In this document: positions 51,062 through 52,910 of the stretch, piece after piece | Numbering within the stretch: position 1 is the first letter of the stretch | Layout: each line of letters opens with the position of its first letter | From: a virus | Lineage: Duplodnaviria > Caudoviricetes | DNA: 52,910 nucleotides | Virus record (IMG/VR): IMGVR_UViG_3300032401_000016 | Location: 1-52,910 of that record | Direction: 5' to 3' (one strand) | The notes under the pieces: model-generated | The model's input: the letters and a program-made list of their open reading frames with translations, nothing else | Databases searched by the model: none | What the model was told of the DNA's origin: nothing | Made by a program: the position numbers and the translations under genes

Positions 51062-51242
51062 CCTGCGGGACCTGCGCTACCGCATCACCGCGTGCACCGC
51101 GGGCCAGCGCCTCACGGTCTACGACCGCGCCGAGTGGGCCGAGCGCGAGGCAACGCTGCTTGAGGGCCTCGTGTTCGCCACGCCGGCCGACGCGCTCCAC
51201 TTCGTGGGAGTGCATTACCCGAACGCATCGGAGGACATGTGA
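51051..51242 (+). CDS. Early hypothetical protein
   Basis: AAGGAGG RBS. Confidence 0.6.
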   Translation: MEVDLRDLRYRITACTAGQRLTVYDRAEWAEREATLLEGLVFATPADALHFVGVHYPNASEDM

Positions 51243-51478
51243 TCGCGGAACGCTTCAAAACCCTGAACGACCAGATGTGGCAATCGCTCCGAACCGCCGA
51301 CGCGCTGCTGGACGAGTCCTACGCGGCCCCGATCGAGAACGGGGAAGCCGACCTGACGATCCAGCGCGCGCAGTACTGGCTCGGGCGCGCGGTCTTCTTC
51401 CAGACGCAGATCGCGATGGAGGCTCGCTACCCGATGCCCGCGCCCAACCCGTCCACCGAGCCCGCGACCCCCGCATGA
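51239..51478 (+). CDS. Early hypothetical protein
   Basis: GTGA coupling, GGAGG RBS. Confidence 0.65.
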   Translation: MIAERFKTLNDQMWQSLRTADALLDESYAAPIENGEADLTIQRAQYWLGRAVFFQTQIAMEARYPMPAPNPSTEPATPA

Positions 51479-52089
51479 CGCTCCACGAAGAGACCACGAA
51501 AGCCCTCGCCGCGCTGCCGCCCGACCGGGCGCGCGCGCTCGTGATGATGGCGAACGAGTGGCTGTTCGGCCGCCGGTCCCCGAACCTCGACTACAGCGAG
51601 CGCCTCACGATCCGGGGGCCCGACGGGCAGCCCGCGAGCCCCGAGCGGATCGCGCTCTCTCGCGCCGCGCTCCTGACCAGGGTCCTGAAGCTCGCGACCT
51701 ACTCGGGCAGCCCGCCCGAGCCCTACACCCGGTTCCCGCGTCCCGGCGACGGGTTCGCGTCGATCGAGTCCTGGCGCCTCCACTGCGCCGCCCACCCCGA
51801 AGGAGGACAACCGTGTACCTCGACTTCCCCGCCGCCCACCACAAGGAGGGCCGCGGCGTCATCCGGCTCTTCGCGTACGACGAAGGAATCCCGGGCCACA
51901 TCTACCTCGAAGCCCGGTTCCACCCCGACAGGCCTCCCTATACAGCCCTCATCGTGCCGGCCGGCTCCACGCCGTTCGCCGAAGCCGAGAAGCTCGCCCA
52001 CTCGATCCTCGCGGCGGTCCGCGACGTCCGCAAAGCACAAAACGCCCCGTGCCCCACGTGCGGCCAGAAGAAAGAGAGGTCCTAAGTGA
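51475..52089 (+). CDS. Early hypothetical protein (low-complexity tail overlaps the next gene)
   Basis: ATGA coupling; plausible protein sequence up to about 51810. Confidence 0.55.
   Translation: MTLHEETTKALAALPPDRARALVMMANEWLFGRRSPNLDYSERLTIRGPDGQPASPERIALSRAALLTRVLKLATYSGSPPEPYTRFPRPGDGFASIESWRLHCAAHPEGGQPCTSTSPPPTTRRAAASSGSSRTTKESRATSTSKPGSTPTGLPIQPSSCRPAPRRSPKPRSSPTRSSRRSATSAKHKTPRAPRAARRKRGPK
51813..52085 (+). CDS. Early hypothetical protein
   Basis: AGGAGG RBS plus GTG; ends CPTCG. Confidence 0.65.
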   Translation: MYLDFPAAHHKEGRGVIRLFAYDEGIPGHIYLEARFHPDRPPYTALIVPAGSTPFAEAEKLAHSILAAVRDVRKAQNAPCPTCGQKKERS

Positions 52090-52220
52090 CCCCGTCCGAG
52101 TTTTTCAGCTTCGCGACCGACTTCATTCTGAAGGCCCTCACGATCATCGTGATCGGCGTCCTCTTCACGCTCGTGTGGGTGACGGTCTTCTCGAACGTCC
52201 TCCAGTGGCTCTTCCAGTGA
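52086..52220 (+). CDS. 44-aa single-TM membrane protein
   Basis: GAGG RBS; ALTIIVIGVLFTLVWVTVF. Confidence 0.6.
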   Translation: MTPSEFFSFATDFILKALTIIVIGVLFTLVWVTVFSNVLQWLFQ

Positions 52221-52588
52221 GCCCCGCCCGCAGGTTCGACCCGCACCTCGTGTGGCTGGTGCTCGCGACGCTCGCGGCGGCCCTGGCGGCCGCGGCGCTC
52301 CTAGGGCTCTTCGAGGACGTCCTGAAGGCGCCCGCCCGCCCCGAGGCCTCGTCGAGGGCCAGCCAGGAAGGGCCCGCCCTTGCCCCAGGGCGCCGTTTCG
52401 TGGTCGACCTGGCCCCCGGGACCCACCTCGTCCGCGGTTGGGCCTCGGAGGGCGACGGCCCGATCGTCCGCCAGCGGCTGCCGGCCGGCTGCGTCCTGCT
52501 GGTCCCGGACCCCGACGGCTCCTACCGGAGGGCGTGGGCCGGGTCGGGCGAGGCGCTCGTCTTCGGCCGCGGCCGCCCTCGAATGTAA
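52217..52588 (+). CDS. Membrane-anchored hypothetical protein
   Basis: GTGA coupling; N-terminal TM helix. Confidence 0.55.
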   Translation: MSPARRFDPHLVWLVLATLAAALAAAALLGLFEDVLKAPARPEASSRASQEGPALAPGRRFVVDLAPGTHLVRGWASEGDGPIVRQRLPAGCVLLVPDPDGSYRRAWAGSGEALVFGRGRPRM

Positions 52589-52739
52589 GGAGGAGGAGGG
52601 GCCGGCGGCCCGAGAAAGGGGGGTCGGTGGACCCCCTCCTCCATTCAGGGTTCAAACTGTAGTTATCTTCTTCTTATTGGGAGGCGCTGCAAGATGGCGC
52701 CCTACTGTCGATTACCCGGAACGCTAGGGGGATAACAAG

Positions 52740-52910
52740 ATGGGGAGGTTTTTGCTCTACGGGAAGATGCGGCGGGAGCGGGTGCCTTCGGCCCGCGCGA
52801 AGACCGTCCGGGTGCCCGGCGGTCGGCTCCCGAACCCGTACCTCGGGCACCGGCGCGACGGGCTCACCCGCAGGGAGCCGCTCTACAACAACCTCACGGC
52901 CGGCGACGCG
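52740..52910 (+). CDS. Partial CDS running off the window
   Basis: AGGGGGA RBS plus ATG; open to the end. Confidence 0.45.
   Translation, partial: MGRFLLYGKMRRERVPSARAKTVRVPGGRLPNPYLGHRRDGLTRREPLYNNLTAGDA

Noticed and set aside
52589-52642. Alternative hairpins GGAGGAGGGG/CCCCTCCTCC as a riboswitch
   Set aside because: No recognisable aptamer; G/C-run complementarity is expected by chance here.

Overview
This window is most of a high-GC, podovirus-like dsDNA phage genome. No integrase, helicase/primase or tape-measure gene is recognisable in it. Layout: (1) 1-9122, + strand: replication, nucleotide and lysis genes (SSB-like protein, HNH nuclease, family A DNA polymerase with an N-terminal UDG-like domain, MazG-like and DUF6378-like proteins, GH108 endolysin, DEDDh exonuclease, SPFH protein). 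(2) 9181-13645, - strand: a sigma70-type promoter drives an array of 34 hand-folded tRNA genes covering all 20 amino acids. Many are systematically non-canonical (C33, A37, A18-G55, Pyl/mitochondrial-like cloverleafs). They are interleaved with a circularly permuted tRNA-like RNA, two other CCA-ended non-tRNA RNAs, two HNH gene scars and small ORFs. A circularly permuted InlB-B-repeat gene pair follows the array. (3) 13711-45459, - strand: virion module with terminase, portal, scaffold, major capsid protein, adaptor, nozzle, fibres, large multi-domain ejection proteins and an embedded glycosylation set (GT2, epimerase, GT4). (4) 45660-46300: divergent control region with sigma70- and sigma54-like motifs. 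(5) 46309-52910, + strand: tightly packed small early genes. All calls come from manual motif reading. No database search or folding program was run.
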